Position numbers and translations under genes: made by a program. This document shows, in pieces, positions 9,029 to 19,370 of a stretch of 64,000 nt of DNA. Positions within the stretch are counted from its first letter, which is position 1, and each line of letters begins with the position of its first letter. The DNA is from an uncultured Flavobacteriales bacterium (GTDB lineage Bacteria > Bacteroidota > Bacteroidia > Flavobacteriales_D > Sanyastnellaceae). The notes under the pieces were generated by a model. That model searched no databases. It was not told where the DNA came from and saw nothing but the letters and a program-made list of their open reading frames with translations. Location: positions 3,442 through 67,441 of the forward strand of contig CBFHRO010000002.1 in the NCBI GenBank assembly GCA_965658245.1, written 5' to 3'.

Positions 9029-9617
9029 TCCACACGGTGGCCACCCCGAGCACATAGCCGGTGTAGACTTGGCCTGCGTTGTGCGCTCCGAGCTGGAGTC
9101 GACTCCATCCCACGAGGCCCGCACTCAAAATCAGCAGCGAGACCCAAGCCAGGCTCCACATTTGGTCTGTCATCGCCACGTGCAGATACACCCCCATGAT
9201 GCCGCCTTGGGCGAGCATGTGCATGCTGATTTTGGCCTTCCAAGTGACCACCCATGCAGACGCGATGGCCACCACCAGCGAGAGCAGGACATGTTGGTAA
9301 AAGACGGGCACTTCAACCGCCGTGCTGTTCACCACAAGGACGTAGGCCATGAGGTAATAGGCGAGCACCAACAGGAATGGCCAGGGTCGCTCCTTTCTCA
9401 TGCGGATGTCCCAGTCGCTGATGACCCCACGCTTCTTGAGGATGAACATCGAAAGGGCAGGCGCCAAGGTGTTGATCAACAGGAGAACAAAGAGGTAGGC
9501 AAACAAGCCCAAGCGGTGCGCCAAGTACCCGTCGGTCGCGAGCAGCAAACCCAACGTGAAGAGGGGCATGCACAACGGATGCAACACCGCACTGACCATC
9601 TTGGCGAGCCTCGTCAT
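9015..9617 (-). CDS. PAP2-superfamily integral membrane protein (putative lipid phosphatase)
   Basis: The first 'M' of the track ORF is TTG. The ATG at 9617 overlaps the rpoN TGA by 1 nt. About 6 TM segments. PAP2-like motifs 'KERP', 'SMH', 'SRLQLGAHNAGQ'. Confidence 0.6.
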   Translation of the reverse strand: MTRLAKMVSAVLHPLCMPLFTLGLLLATDGYLAHRLGLFAYLFVLLLINTLAPALSMFILKKRGVISDWDIRMRKERPWPFLLVLAYYLMAYVLVVNSTAVEVPVFYQHVLLSLVVAIASAWVVTWKAKISMHMLAQGGIMGVYLHVAMTDQMWSLAWVSLLILSAGLVGWSRLQLGAHNAGQVYTGYVLGVATVWITLF

Positions 9618-11080
9618 CAAAGCTCTTTTCGAAGTCTTGCGACAGGAAGGCCAAGCTGCTCACGGTACTTGGCAACGGTCCGTCGCGCGATGTTGTAGCC
9701 CTTGGCATTGAGTAGGACGCCGAGTTTTTCGTCGGAGAGCGGCTTGCGCTTGTCTTCCTCCGCAATGGCGTCTTGGAGGATTTTTTTGACCTCCCGCGAG
9801 CTGACCTCCTCCCCACTGTCTGTGCTGATGCCCTCCGAAAAGAACGACTTCAACGAAAGGGTGCCGTAGGGCGTTTGGACGTATTTGCTGTTCGCGACGC
9901 GCGACACCGTGCTGATGTCCATCCCGATGCGCTCGGCGATGTCTTTCAGAATCATGGGCTTCAAATCAACGTCGTCGCCGCTCAAGAAGTAGGCACGCTG
10001 GTGCTCCACAATGGCCTGCATGGTTTGCGTCAACGTTTTTTGGCGCTGGACGATGGCGTCCACAAACCACTTCGCCGCATCGACTTTCTGCTTGACAAAC
10101 GTCAGGGCCTCGCGGGTGGATTTGTCTTGCTTCCCCCCCTGCGCATAAGTGTCCATCATTTCACGGTAGGTGCGGCTCACGCGCAGCTCAGGCGCGTTCC
10201 GGCCATTGAGTTGCAGCACGATGTCTTCGCCATCCACGGACAACAAAAAATCGGGAATCACGTGGTGCACGACCCGCGAGGACTCGCTGCCGGCGTTGCC
10301 TGGCTTGGGGTTGAGTCGGGTCAGCTCGTCCAACGCAGCGCGCAACTCGTCCTCGCTGAGATCCAACGCCACTTGGAGCTTGTCGTAATGCTTCTTGATG
10401 AAGGACTCGTAATGGTCCCCCAGCAAGGCTGCTGCCCGCGCAAGGGCCTCTTGTCGAGGGTCATCCTCTGCCTTGTCCTCCTGCTTCCTCGCGACCTGCA
10501 AGGCCAAGCACTCCTTCAAGTCCCGGGCGCCGACGCCAGCGGGATCCAAGGTTTGGACCACCGCAAGGGCCTCTTCCAGTTGGGATTTGGGCACCTCGAT
10601 GCCTTGGGTGAAGGCCAAATCATTGACAATGCTCTCCAAGTCGCGGCGCACATACCCATCGTCATCGAGATGGCCAATGACGTGCTCTGCAAGCGCGCGA
10701 ATCTCCACCGACACGTCCAACAATCCAAGTTGGTCCACGAGCAACTCCCTGAAGGACGCTCCGCTTCCCAAGGGAATGTCCCGATCCTCGACATCGGCGC
10801 CGTGGTTGCGAACACTCAATTGGTAATCCGGCGTCTCGTCGTCGAGGTATTCGTCAAAATCAAAGTCCTCCAACGCATCCGACGTCTCTTGCTCTTGGAC
10901 GTCCAAATCGTCCAGGGATTCGTCGCGCTCCATGCCTTCCTCCAACGCCGGATTGGCCTCGAGTTCTTGCTTGATGCGTGCTTCGAGCTCCAACGTGGGC
11001 ACCTGCAACAGCTTCATCAGCTGAATCTGCTGGGGCGACAGCTTCTGGAGAAGCTTTTGTTGGAGACTCTGTTTGAGCAT
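9617..11080 (-). CDS. rpoN: RNA polymerase sigma-54 factor
   Basis: N-terminal Gln/Leu-rich region ('LKQSLQQKLLQKLSPQQIQLMKLLQ'), acidic region II, and C-terminal RpoN box 'ARRTVAKYRE'. It starts 3 nt after the asnS stop. Confidence 0.95.
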   Translation of the reverse strand: MLKQSLQQKLLQKLSPQQIQLMKLLQVPTLELEARIKQELEANPALEEGMERDESLDDLDVQEQETSDALEDFDFDEYLDDETPDYQLSVRNHGADVEDRDIPLGSGASFRELLVDQLGLLDVSVEIRALAEHVIGHLDDDGYVRRDLESIVNDLAFTQGIEVPKSQLEEALAVVQTLDPAGVGARDLKECLALQVARKQEDKAEDDPRQEALARAAALLGDHYESFIKKHYDKLQVALDLSEDELRAALDELTRLNPKPGNAGSESSRVVHHVIPDFLLSVDGEDIVLQLNGRNAPELRVSRTYREMMDTYAQGGKQDKSTREALTFVKQKVDAAKWFVDAIVQRQKTLTQTMQAIVEHQRAYFLSGDDVDLKPMILKDIAERIGMDISTVSRVANSKYVQTPYGTLSLKSFFSEGISTDSGEEVSSREVKKILQDAIAEEDKRKPLSDEKLGVLLNAKGYNIARRTVAKYREQLGLPVARLRKEL

Positions 11081-11083
11081 GCG

Positions 11084-12532
11084 TTAGAATTCTGCGTTCA
11101 GCGGGGTTCTCGGGAAGGGAATCACGTCGCGGATGTTGGTCATGCCCGTGACGTACATCACCAGCCTTTCAAATCCCATGCCAAACCCACAATGCGGCGC
11201 CGACCCAAACTTTCGAGTCTCCAAATACCACCACACGTGGTCCTCCGGAATGTTGAAGTCCGCACACTTTTGCTTCAGCACATCGAGGCGTTCTTCACGT
11301 TGACTTCCGCCAATGATCTCGCCAATGCCCGGCACCAACACATCCATCGCCGCCACGGTCTTGCCATCGTCGTTGGCCCGCATGTAAAACGCTTTGATGC
11401 CCGCAGGATAGTCCGTCACGACGACAGGACCGCCGACGTGCTTTTCGACCAACCAACGCTCGTGCTCGCTCTGCAAATCCACACCCCACTCCACGGGAAA
11501 CTTGAATTTCTTCTTCTTGTAGGGCTTGGAGTTGCGAAGCAAATCGATGGCCTCGGTGTACGTCAAATGGGTGAAGGGTGCGTCCACCACCGCCTGCAAC
11601 CGCACGCGCAGGGGGTGCTCGTGACGCTCCGCTTGGGGCAACTGTTTCTCCGCATCCAATTCCCGCTTCTCCAAGAAGGCGAGGTCCTCCGCGCAGTGCT
11701 CCAAGGCGTAACCCAAGACGTACTTCAAACAATCCTCCGCAAGTGTCATGTCGTCCTTGAGGTCGGCAAAGGCGATTTCCGGCTCGATCATCCAGAATTC
11801 TGCGAGGTGCCGAGAGGTGTTGCTGTTTTCTGCGCGGAACGTGGGGCCAAACGTATAGACCTGACCCAACGCCATGGCACCCAACTCGGCCTCGAGCTGG
11901 CCGCTCACGGTCAGGTTGGACTCTTTGCCAAAGAAATCCTGGCTAACGTCCACGGCGCCGTCCTCGGTGCGCGGGGGATTGTCCAAGTCCATGGTGGTCA
12001 CGCGGAACATTTCTCCCGCGCCTTCAGCGTCACTTCCCGTGATGATGGGCGTGTGCAACTGATAGAATCCACGTTCGTGGAAAAACGTGTGCACGGCGTA
12101 TTGCAAAGCGTGACGCACACGGAACACCGCGCCAAACGTGTTGGTGCGGAACCGCAAGTGGGCTTTTTCCCGAAGGAAATCCAAGCTGTGCCGCTTCATT
12201 TGGATGGGAAACTCTTCAGGATCGGCACCACCAAGCACCGCCAGCGCCGTCACTTTGAGCTCTGTGGCCTGCCCCCCTCCCTGGCTCTCCACCAACTCGC
12301 CCACCGCATCAATGGCGGCACCGGTGTGAAGTTGTTTGAGCACCTCGGGGTCCGTGGAATCCTTGTCCACCACCAATTGCAAATTCTGCAAAGTCGAGCC
12401 GTCATTCACGGCGAGAAATCGGTCGTTGCGAAACGTCCGAACCCACCCGCATACGCGGAGGGTTTGACCCACCATGGAGTCGTTCAACAAAAGGGAAATG
12501 CGCGTGCGCTTGGAGGTCTGAGAATCCGTCAT
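11084..12532 (-). CDS. asnS: asparagine--tRNA ligase
   Basis: Class IIb aaRS. OB anticodon-binding domain ('VCGWVRTFR'), motif 2/3 ('FRAENSNTSRHLAEFWMIE', 'GFGMGFERLV'). ATG at 12532 ('MTDSQTSKR') is preferred over the 12571 start. Confidence 0.93.
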   Translation of the reverse strand: MTDSQTSKRTRISLLLNDSMVGQTLRVCGWVRTFRNDRFLAVNDGSTLQNLQLVVDKDSTDPEVLKQLHTGAAIDAVGELVESQGGGQATELKVTALAVLGGADPEEFPIQMKRHSLDFLREKAHLRFRTNTFGAVFRVRHALQYAVHTFFHERGFYQLHTPIITGSDAEGAGEMFRVTTMDLDNPPRTEDGAVDVSQDFFGKESNLTVSGQLEAELGAMALGQVYTFGPTFRAENSNTSRHLAEFWMIEPEIAFADLKDDMTLAEDCLKYVLGYALEHCAEDLAFLEKRELDAEKQLPQAERHEHPLRVRLQAVVDAPFTHLTYTEAIDLLRNSKPYKKKKFKFPVEWGVDLQSEHERWLVEKHVGGPVVVTDYPAGIKAFYMRANDDGKTVAAMDVLVPGIGEIIGGSQREERLDVLKQKCADFNIPEDHVWWYLETRKFGSAPHCGFGMGFERLVMYVTGMTNIRDVIPFPRTPLNAEF

Positions 12533-12623
12533 GTCAATGGCTTTGCCCTGCCTCGCAGGGTCCATGTACAAAGTAAAGACAGAGTGCCCGGCTTCCCCTC
12601 GCCGAGGGCAGGAATTTCACGCG

Positions 12624-13310
12624 TCAGGCGTCCGACTCGACCCGACCGTCTCGCAATCGAACCGTGCGTTGGGCATACGCCGCGATGTCCTCTTCGTGGG
12701 TCACAAGAATCACCGTGTTTCCGGCCTTTTGGATGTCCCCAAACAGCTCCATCACCTCTTGCGAGGTGGCGGTGTCCAAATTGCCCGTCGGCTCGTCGGC
12801 CAAGATGATGCTCGGCTTCATGACCAAGGCCCGCCCCACGGCCACGCGTTGTCGCTGTCCCCCACTCAATTCGTTGGGACGGTGGTCCATGCGGTCCCCC
12901 AGACCCACCTGGTGAAGCACCTCCTCCGCACGCGCCATGCGCTCGGCTTTGCTCATCCCCGCATAGACCATGGGCAGCGCCACGTTTTCCAAGGCGGTGT
13001 AGCGAGGCAGAAGATTGAAGGTCTGAAACACAAAACCGATCTCCCGGTTGCGGATGTCCGCGAGGGCATCGTCCTCCAGCCTGCTGACGTCCTGGTCATT
13101 CAGAATGTAGGTTCCTGACGTCGGGCTGTCGAGGCATCCGAGCATGTTCATCAGCGTGGACTTTCCGGAGCCTGACGGGCCCATCAGGGCCACGTATTCG
13201 TTGGCGTGAATGTCCAAATCCAACCCATCCAATGCGTGAACCACCTGATCTCCAACATGGTACGTCTTGCGCAAGTCCCGCGCGTGAATCAAAGGTTGTC
13301 CACCAGCCAT
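12624..13310 (-). CDS. ABC transporter ATP-binding protein, MacB/LolD/FtsE-like
   Basis: 'GPSGSGKST', '[15 protein letters not shown]', '[11 protein letters not shown]', with the N-terminal pattern typical of MacB-type ATPases. Confidence 0.88.
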   Translation of the reverse strand: MAGGQPLIHARDLRKTYHVGDQVVHALDGLDLDIHANEYVALMGPSGSGKSTLMNMLGCLDSPTSGTYILNDQDVSRLEDDALADIRNREIGFVFQTFNLLPRYTALENVALPMVYAGMSKAERMARAEEVLHQVGLGDRMDHRPNELSGGQRQRVAVGRALVMKPSIILADEPTGNLDTATSQEVMELFGDIQKAGNTVILVTHEEDIAAYAQRTVRLRDGRVESDA

Positions 13311-13358
13311 GGTGCGAAGTTAGGTTTGACGCCCCCAAACAACCCTCAACACCTTTTG

Positions 13359-13366
13359 TAAGTTTG
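13359..13366 (+). promoter_or_regulatory. candidate Bacteroidota -7 promoter box (TAAGTTTG)
   Basis: Exact match to the established Bacteroidota -7 consensus TAnnTTTG, 38 nt upstream of the ATG at 13405. No well-spaced -33 TTG was seen. Confidence 0.3.
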
Positions 13367-13404
13367 GAGAATACCGCCTTCTCAGAATCACTGGAACCCA
13401 GCCC

Positions 13405-15549
13405 ATGACCCTCTCTCTCAGAACCCTCTGTCTCGCTGCAGCAACCCTTGTTTTTTCCCATGACTTGTGCGGACAGGTGACCATCACCCAACCATACGCC
13501 ACGGCCGAGGAGTACATCCAAGAAATACTGCTTGGCGACGGTGTGACTGCAACGAACATCACTTACACAGGTAGCTTTGCCCAATTGGGCTTGCTGGAAA
13601 ACGGAGCCGGAGTGTTTTCGGTGGAGTCAGGACTCATGCTCAACACCGACGATGCGACGTGCGAAGGCTTTTGTACAGATTGTTTGGGGGGAGCGGTGGC
13701 CGACGCTGATTTGCTGAACGTGGCCAATTCCGTGCCTCCACTCATCAACCAATCCTTCACGGTCAGCAGTGTGAACGACGTGTGCATCCTGGAGTTTGAC
13801 TTTGAGGCAGGAGGAGACAGCATCGCATTCAACTACGTATTCGGGTCAGACGAATACCTGACCTACGTCAACACCACCTACAACGACATTTTTGCCTTTT
13901 TCTTGAGTGGGCCGGGCATCTCCGGCCCCTACGCCTCTCCGGCAGGATTTCCCGATGGTGCCATCAACATTGCCCAAGTTCCCGAGTCTGACCCCCAGCT
14001 TCCCGTCACCATCAGTTCTGTGAACAACGTCACGAACAGCGCCTATTACATCGACAATCCCAGCCAACAAGGCATCTGCACCAACGGCTACACCACCACC
14101 TTCACGGCCGAAGCCGCTGTGCAGTGTGGAGAAACGTATCACATCAAACTCGCGATTGCCGATGGATCTGACACCGCGCTGGAGTCTTTTGTGGTGCTTG
14201 AGGCCGGTTCATTCAGCTCCAATGCGGTGAATCTCGAGGCTGACGCTGTGCCTTTCTCTGCAGGAGGACTTGAAAACCTGGTCCCCTATGAATCGTCGGT
14301 GGGTCTTCCTTCCGTCTTCAACTACCCCAACGGTGAATCGTTCCCCTTCGAAGAGTGGTCGGAAAACAACGAGCTCATTGTGACTGTGGATGGTCAAGAG
14401 ACTGTCATTGACGCTGTCATCATCGAGGGTTGCAACGACGCGCGGTTCACGGTCATCCGACCTGAAGTGGAATCTGAGCTCCTCGACACACTGTACCTTG
14501 ATCTCGGGGGGTCCGCAGTTCTTGGGTTGGACTACAGTGACACGTTCAACGAGGTCATCATGAATCCCGGCCAAACCGAAAGCGAAATCACCCTCGGGGT
14601 GGTCGACGATGGGGCCAATGAAGGCGTGGAATTTGTCGTCATCACGTACGAATACATCAATGGCTGTGGGGAACTGATCTCCACCACATCGAAGGTGGTG
14701 ATTCTCGATCCGATTCCTGTGGAAGCCACTGCGTCAGAAATCGGCTGTCAAAACTTGGATGGAACCCAAGTTCTTGGATACGATGACGTTTCAGGATATG
14801 GCCCCTTCAATTACGTTTGGGACGGCAATGAGTGGAACAATGCCTCGGAAGACCCCGCCGATTGGGTGACCTCGTTTGACTCGTTGTTCACGATGACGGA
14901 CGCTGAAGGACAATTGCAGTCGAGCCACATCGTTGAACTCATTGTGATCGACCAATGCGGAAAGTCGTTTTCGTTTGAGCAAGAGGTGCTGTATCCTGTC
15001 ATGACAGAGGCTGAAATTTGCGGAGGAGCCCAACAAGACTTCCCAGCATTCAACTCGGGCATCCTGGTTGAGGATGTGCTTTACAATGGCGTCTCTTTCA
15101 TCACCAGCAGTCCGGATGCCCCATTGACCGTGGACGTCTCTGCCAACGGTGATCGGTGGAAGCTGAATGGAATCTCTGCCGATGTCGTCGAAGACACTTG
15201 GCAAGGAGTGCTCACCCTCGTGGACACCTGTGGCTATCAAACGGAGGCTTTGATTCGCGTAAGAGACTGCGTCGTTCCCAATGTCTTTACGCCTGATGGC
15301 GTTGGCGGCAACAACACCTTTCGAATCCGTGGTCTCGATGGATTCATGGGGTCTCGACTCCTGATCTACAACCGTTTCGGAACCGTCGTTTTCCAAGACG
15401 AAACCGCCACAGATGCAGAATTTGAGCTGTACTGGGATGGTCGGTACGCCAACGGCAACGATGCGCCGGAAGGCTCCTACCAATGGGTGTTGCTCCGTGC
15501 CGATGGACTTCGAGAAACAGGAGAACTCACCCTGCTGCGTCAGAAATAA
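13405..15549 (+). CDS. large secreted adhesin-like protein with choice-of-anchor-L-like N-terminus, Calx-beta-like segment and T9SS type B (gliding motility-associated) C-terminal domain
   Basis: Signal peptide. 'FGSDEYLTYVNTTYNDIFAFFLSGPGISGPY', 'GSAVLGLDYSD...EITLGVVDDGANEGVEFVVI', and C-terminus 'CVVPNVFTPDGVGGNNTFRIRG...YNRFGTVVF...WDGR...GSYQWVL'. Confidence 0.8.
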   Translation: MTLSLRTLCLAAATLVFSHDLCGQVTITQPYATAEEYIQEILLGDGVTATNITYTGSFAQLGLLENGAGVFSVESGLMLNTDDATCEGFCTDCLGGAVADADLLNVANSVPPLINQSFTVSSVNDVCILEFDFEAGGDSIAFNYVFGSDEYLTYVNTTYNDIFAFFLSGPGISGPYASPAGFPDGAINIAQVPESDPQLPVTISSVNNVTNSAYYIDNPSQQGICTNGYTTTFTAEAAVQCGETYHIKLAIADGSDTALESFVVLEAGSFSSNAVNLEADAVPFSAGGLENLVPYESSVGLPSVFNYPNGESFPFEEWSENNELIVTVDGQETVIDAVIIEGCNDARFTVIRPEVESELLDTLYLDLGGSAVLGLDYSDTFNEVIMNPGQTESEITLGVVDDGANEGVEFVVITYEYINGCGELISTTSKVVILDPIPVEATASEIGCQNLDGTQVLGYDDVSGYGPFNYVWDGNEWNNASEDPADWVTSFDSLFTMTDAEGQLQSSHIVELIVIDQCGKSFSFEQEVLYPVMTEAEICGGAQQDFPAFNSGILVEDVLYNGVSFITSSPDAPLTVDVSANGDRWKLNGISADVVEDTWQGVLTLVDTCGYQTEALIRVRDCVVPNVFTPDGVGGNNTFRIRGLDGFMGSRLLIYNRFGTVVFQDETATDAEFELYWDGRYANGNDAPEGSYQWVLLRADGLRETGELTLLRQK

Positions 15550-15558
15550 GGCCTGCCC

Positions 15559-17058
15559 TTACACGAGCGACTGACCGGTCATTTCAACCGGTTGCTTGAG
15601 ACCCATTAATTTCAGGATGGTTGGGGCAACATCTGCGAGGATGCCGTCGCTGACTGTAGTTCCTTCTGGACCGTGCACCCAAATCGGCACGGGGTTGGTC
15701 GTGTGCGCTGTGTGCGGCGTGCCGTCGGTATTTCGGGCGAGGTCTGCGTTCCCATGGTCTGCGATGACCACCACTGCATAGCCCTCCGCTTTGGCGGTTT
15801 CCATCACTTGCTTCAAACACTGATCTGTGGTCTCGACGGCCTTCACCACGGCCTCGAACACGCCCGTGTGGCCCACCATGTCTGGGTTGGCAAAATTCAA
15901 GCACAAGAAATCGGGCTTCCATGACGTCAAGGCTTCCATGGCCTTCTCTGTGAGTTCCGGTGCGGACATCTCGGGTTGCAAGTCGTACGTGGCCACTTTG
16001 GGACTGGCTGCCATGGCGCGCTGCTCCCCCTCGAATGGTTCCTCGCGACCTCCACTCAAGAAGAAGGTCACGTGGGGGTACTTTTCTGTTTCGGCCATCC
16101 GAAGTTGGGTGCAGCCTTGCGTGCTGACCGCTTCCCCGAGCGTATTGACCAAATTGGGTTTGTCGTAGAGCACCTGCACTCCCGTGAAACTCTCGTCGTA
16201 GTTGGTCATGGTGACGTAGTGCAACGACACCGGCGTCATGTCCTGGTCGGGAAACGACTGCTGCGTCAAGGCTTGGGTGATTTCGCGGCATCGGTCCGTT
16301 CTGAAGTTGAAACAGAGCACCACGTCGCCCGGACGGATGTGTCCATCGACCCCTTCGATTTGGAACGGCACCACAAACTCGTCGGTGATGTCTTGGTCAT
16401 AGTGGGCCTGCACGCCTGCCACCGCCGAGGCATGTCGTTCTTCAACTTCTCCCACCAAGGCGCGGTAGGTCTGCGCAATGCGCTCCCAACGCTTGTCCCG
16501 ATCCATGGCGTAGTAGCGGCCGTGCACAGACGCGATGCGGGCTTGCTTTCCTGCCAGGTGGGATTCGAGGTCTGCGAGGTAGGTCGTGCCCATTTGGGGC
16601 GCAGTGTCCCGGCCATCGGTGAAGGCGTGGATCACACAGTCTGGAACCCCCGCAGCCTCTGCCGCATCCACCAACGCGTGCAAATGGGCCTGTTGGCTGT
16701 GCACCCCACCTCGAGACACCAACCCCATGAGGTGGAGGCGCTTTCCGGGTTCTGAAGCGGCGCGCAGTGCCTCTTGCAGCACGGGCTCTTTCGCCATCGA
16801 ACCGTCCGACACTGCCCGGTCGATGCGCAGCAGATCTTGGTACACCACACGGCCCGCACCGATGTTCATGTGCCCCACTTCGCTGTTGCCCATTTGGCCA
16901 TCAGGAAGCCCCACGTGTTCGCCGTCCGTGCGCAGCGTGGCGTGTGGCGTGTGGGCGTTCAGGCTGTCCACATAGGGCGTCTCTGCCACTTCAATCGCGT
17001 TGTTGCCGTCGGCATTGCCGAGGCCCCAACCATCCAGGATGATCAATGCCGTTTTCAC
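15559..17058 (-). CDS. gpmI: 2,3-bisphosphoglycerate-independent phosphoglycerate mutase
   Basis: 'LIILDGWG', 'GNSEVGHMNIGAGR', 'ADHGNA', full length. The start codon at 17058 is GTG. Confidence 0.95.
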   Translation of the reverse strand: MKTALIILDGWGLGNADGNNAIEVAETPYVDSLNAHTPHATLRTDGEHVGLPDGQMGNSEVGHMNIGAGRVVYQDLLRIDRAVSDGSMAKEPVLQEALRAASEPGKRLHLMGLVSRGGVHSQQAHLHALVDAAEAAGVPDCVIHAFTDGRDTAPQMGTTYLADLESHLAGKQARIASVHGRYYAMDRDKRWERIAQTYRALVGEVEERHASAVAGVQAHYDQDITDEFVVPFQIEGVDGHIRPGDVVLCFNFRTDRCREITQALTQQSFPDQDMTPVSLHYVTMTNYDESFTGVQVLYDKPNLVNTLGEAVSTQGCTQLRMAETEKYPHVTFFLSGGREEPFEGEQRAMAASPKVATYDLQPEMSAPELTEKAMEALTSWKPDFLCLNFANPDMVGHTGVFEAVVKAVETTDQCLKQVMETAKAEGYAVVVIADHGNADLARNTDGTPHTAHTTNPVPIWVHGPEGTTVSDGILADVAPTILKLMGLKQPVEMTGQSLV

Positions 17059-17079
17059 GCGGCAAAGGTATGGGCTGAC

Positions 17080-17979
17080 TCAACGTCTCTGAGGCCAAAC
17101 CAACCGCACCGAAAATCCTTGGGGGTCGAGGTCGACCATGTCCATTTGGGCGCCGTGCAAGAGTGCGGTTTGAGAAACGAGGTGAAGTCCCAGCCCCGTG
17201 CCCGACCCTTCCTCTTGGAGCCGAACGAAGGGCGCACGAGCCGCCTCCCGGTCGGCCTTGGAGATGCCCTCCCCCTCGTCTGTTACCTCGAGCAGGGCAT
17301 CCGAGCCTCGAAATTCTACCCGTACCTCCACCTTTCCTTCGCTGTATTTCAGGGCGTTCTCAATGAGGTTGGATGCCGACAACACCCAAAGGGCCCGATC
17401 TCCACGGACTTCTTGAGGTCCTTGACCCTTGTAAACCTCCACGCGACTGCGGTGCATGTCTCCGACACGACGGACGGCGTCGTCCACCATCTCGCCCCAG
17501 TCAAAAGAGGAGACTTGCACGTCGGTTTGACGTTGCAGCCTGGTCGCCACGAGCATGTCTTCCACTCGGTGCCCCAAGTCCCAAACACCATGTTGAATGT
17601 TCTCCAACACAGTGGCGCGATCGGCCTCAGACAATGACAATCTCTTCAAGGAATCCACACCCAATTGCACACTGGCAAGGGGTGTTTTCAACTCGTGGGT
17701 GACCCCCAAGAGCAGGTTTCGCTCACGAGCCAGCCTCCGTTGCTCTTTCTTGAAGTTGCGCTCGAGGCGCACCAATCCCAGCACAAGCAATGCTGCGAAC
17801 ACAGAGCCTTCTCCAAGCACCATCCAGCGCTCGCGCTCGCCACCCGCGTTGGCCAGCAGGTAAGCCCACCAACTGAATTGCAGGAGAACATACGCGCCCA
17901 AGACGCGCACAAGCCAAATCCCGTGAATGCGCGGAATTACTTTTGGCCGGAACGCCCCTTGGCGTTGGTGTCGAGCCAT
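17080..17979 (-). CDS. sensor histidine kinase with two TM segments and essentially no extracytoplasmic domain
   Basis: H-box 'THELKTPLASV', N-box 'NLIENALKYS', G-boxes 'DEGEGI' and 'GTGLGLHLV'. No response regulator is adjacent. Confidence 0.85.
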   Translation of the reverse strand: MARHQRQGAFRPKVIPRIHGIWLVRVLGAYVLLQFSWWAYLLANAGGERERWMVLGEGSVFAALLVLGLVRLERNFKKEQRRLARERNLLLGVTHELKTPLASVQLGVDSLKRLSLSEADRATVLENIQHGVWDLGHRVEDMLVATRLQRQTDVQVSSFDWGEMVDDAVRRVGDMHRSRVEVYKGQGPQEVRGDRALWVLSASNLIENALKYSEGKVEVRVEFRGSDALLEVTDEGEGISKADREAARAPFVRLQEEGSGTGLGLHLVSQTALLHGAQMDMVDLDPQGFSVRLVWPQRR

Positions 17980-18383
17980 GGAGACAAAGGCATGATGTTG
18001 CTCACCGGTCTCGCCATCAAGAAGTGCTTTTCTTCACCACTCCGGCCTTCAAGCACCATGGTGGACCGCACCTGCCATCCATGAGAAGCCAGCACGTTCA
18101 ACGCTTGACCCACATTGTCGAAACGAAACGTCTTCAAGCTGTTGACCGCTTTCAAAAAATCTTGATCTCTCGTGGCCCGAAGCACAATGTCGTCGACGTT
18201 GAATCGGATCAATTCATTGTTCGCCTGCTTGAACGCAACCAAAGTTCCGTAGAACTCTCCTGATTGAATGTTCGTCCGATACACACCCCCTCTCGCGTCT
18301 TTTTCACTTGAAATTCTCGCGTCTTGGGCGGTCATTGTGGTTGCCATGGCGAGCACAGCGAGGGACATCATCCAGGTTTTCAT
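17937..18383 (-). CDS. small secreted protein of unknown function
   Basis: The ATG at 18383 gives signal peptide 'MKTWMMSLAVLAMATTMTAQ'. The 3' end overlaps the kinase start by 43 nt. Confidence 0.6.
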   Translation of the reverse strand: MKTWMMSLAVLAMATTMTAQDARISSEKDARGGVYRTNIQSGEFYGTLVAFKQANNELIRFNVDDIVLRATRDQDFLKAVNSLKTFRFDNVGQALNVLASHGWQVRSTMVLEGRSGEEKHFLMARPVSNIMPLSPWLDTNAKGRSGQK

Positions 18384-18475
18384 ATCTCGTGGTTTTGGGA
18401 CTCCGAAGGTAGGAAGAAGAATCCGTGTGTCCACAAGGACCCGGAGGGTGTCCTCGTGTCAAACGCACCCCGCTG

Positions 18476-19333
18476 TCATGACAATTGAAACCGCTGCCGC
18501 TCCATGTGAGGCGCTTTGAGAAGGAACCCCCTGCCCCGCCACGAAAAACTGACCCGCCACTCTGGCCGTTCTTGAAGTGTCCGCCACGCACGATGCATGC
18601 CCGAACTCCAAGAAATGTCATCAATCACCAACACTTGAGAGATGTGCGATGACAGCGCATCCGCCAAATACAGAGTGGCATGTTCCTCATGAAATCCGTC
18701 CAAATACACCACATCCCACCGCTCTTCTTCCCCCAAGTCTCGAACCAATTCCATGAAGTCTCCACATTGGGCTTGAATCCGATTCGCCAAACCGAGGGAC
18801 TCCCATCCCTTTTGGGCCCAACCCAAAGTGTCTGGACATCCCTCCCATGTCTTCACCTCCCACCCCGTTGCGGCCACATGCGCAGCCATGACCCCGAGAG
18901 AGGTTCCCAACTCGAGAAACCGCCCTTGCGGTGCCACGCAACGCAACCAACGACACATTGCCTGAGCGTCCGACGCGGGGGTGAGCGATTGGGTCGCCAG
19001 TTCTTTGACAACCATCGACGTTTTCTTTTGTCCTGAAGCGCGTTGGCCTGCTCCCAAATCGCGGCGCGTCAAAATCTCCCGGCATTGAGACAACTCCCGA
19101 CGCCAAAGGGCAATGGCTCGTTCACTTGTGGGGTCCGCGCCTTGCACGACTGCATGGGGCCAATGGCGGGGGTTGGATTGAAGTGCCCTGCCCCATTCAA
19201 ACAACGTGGGAGAATGGAGCTTCCTCCAAGATGTGCCAACCCAAGAAGCAACGACCGCCGTGTCTCTGAGCCGAAGCCATGCGTCATGCCAGGGCCACGT
19301 GCTGCGCGTAAGAGATGCTTGTTGATGGGTCAT
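18476..19333 (-). CDS. class I SAM-dependent methyltransferase-like protein
   Basis: Motif I-like 'FLELGTSLGVMAAHVA' and 'VVYLDGFHE' downstream. 285-aa ORF with ATG start. Confidence 0.55.
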   Translation of the reverse strand: MTHQQASLTRSTWPWHDAWLRLRDTAVVASWVGTSWRKLHSPTLFEWGRALQSNPRHWPHAVVQGADPTSERAIALWRRELSQCREILTRRDLGAGQRASGQKKTSMVVKELATQSLTPASDAQAMCRWLRCVAPQGRFLELGTSLGVMAAHVAATGWEVKTWEGCPDTLGWAQKGWESLGLANRIQAQCGDFMELVRDLGEEERWDVVYLDGFHEEHATLYLADALSSHISQVLVIDDISWSSGMHRAWRTLQERPEWRVSFSWRGRGFLLKAPHMERQRFQLS

Positions 19334-19370
19334 GGGGCAACAAACATACTTCGCTATCTTCGCGGTCCCC

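Noticed and set aside
9026-9034. TGATCCACA, one mismatch from a DnaA box (TTATCCACA).
   Set aside because: It is a single isolated near-match overlapping the galE stop codon. There is no cluster of boxes, no AT-rich unwinding element and no dnaA/dnaN nearby.
9773-12808. A 1011-aa plus-strand ORF running uninterrupted across rpoN, asnS and into the next gene.
   Set aside because: Its codons are exactly phase-aligned with the minus-strand codons of rpoN and asnS (all triplets start at positions equal to 2 mod 3). A stop in this ORF would therefore require a sense TTA, CTA or TCA codon, and those are rare in this GC-rich genome. The translation is Leu/Arg/His/Val/Gln-rich with no motifs, whereas the opposite strand encodes two unmistakable housekeeping proteins. 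It is a shadow ORF.
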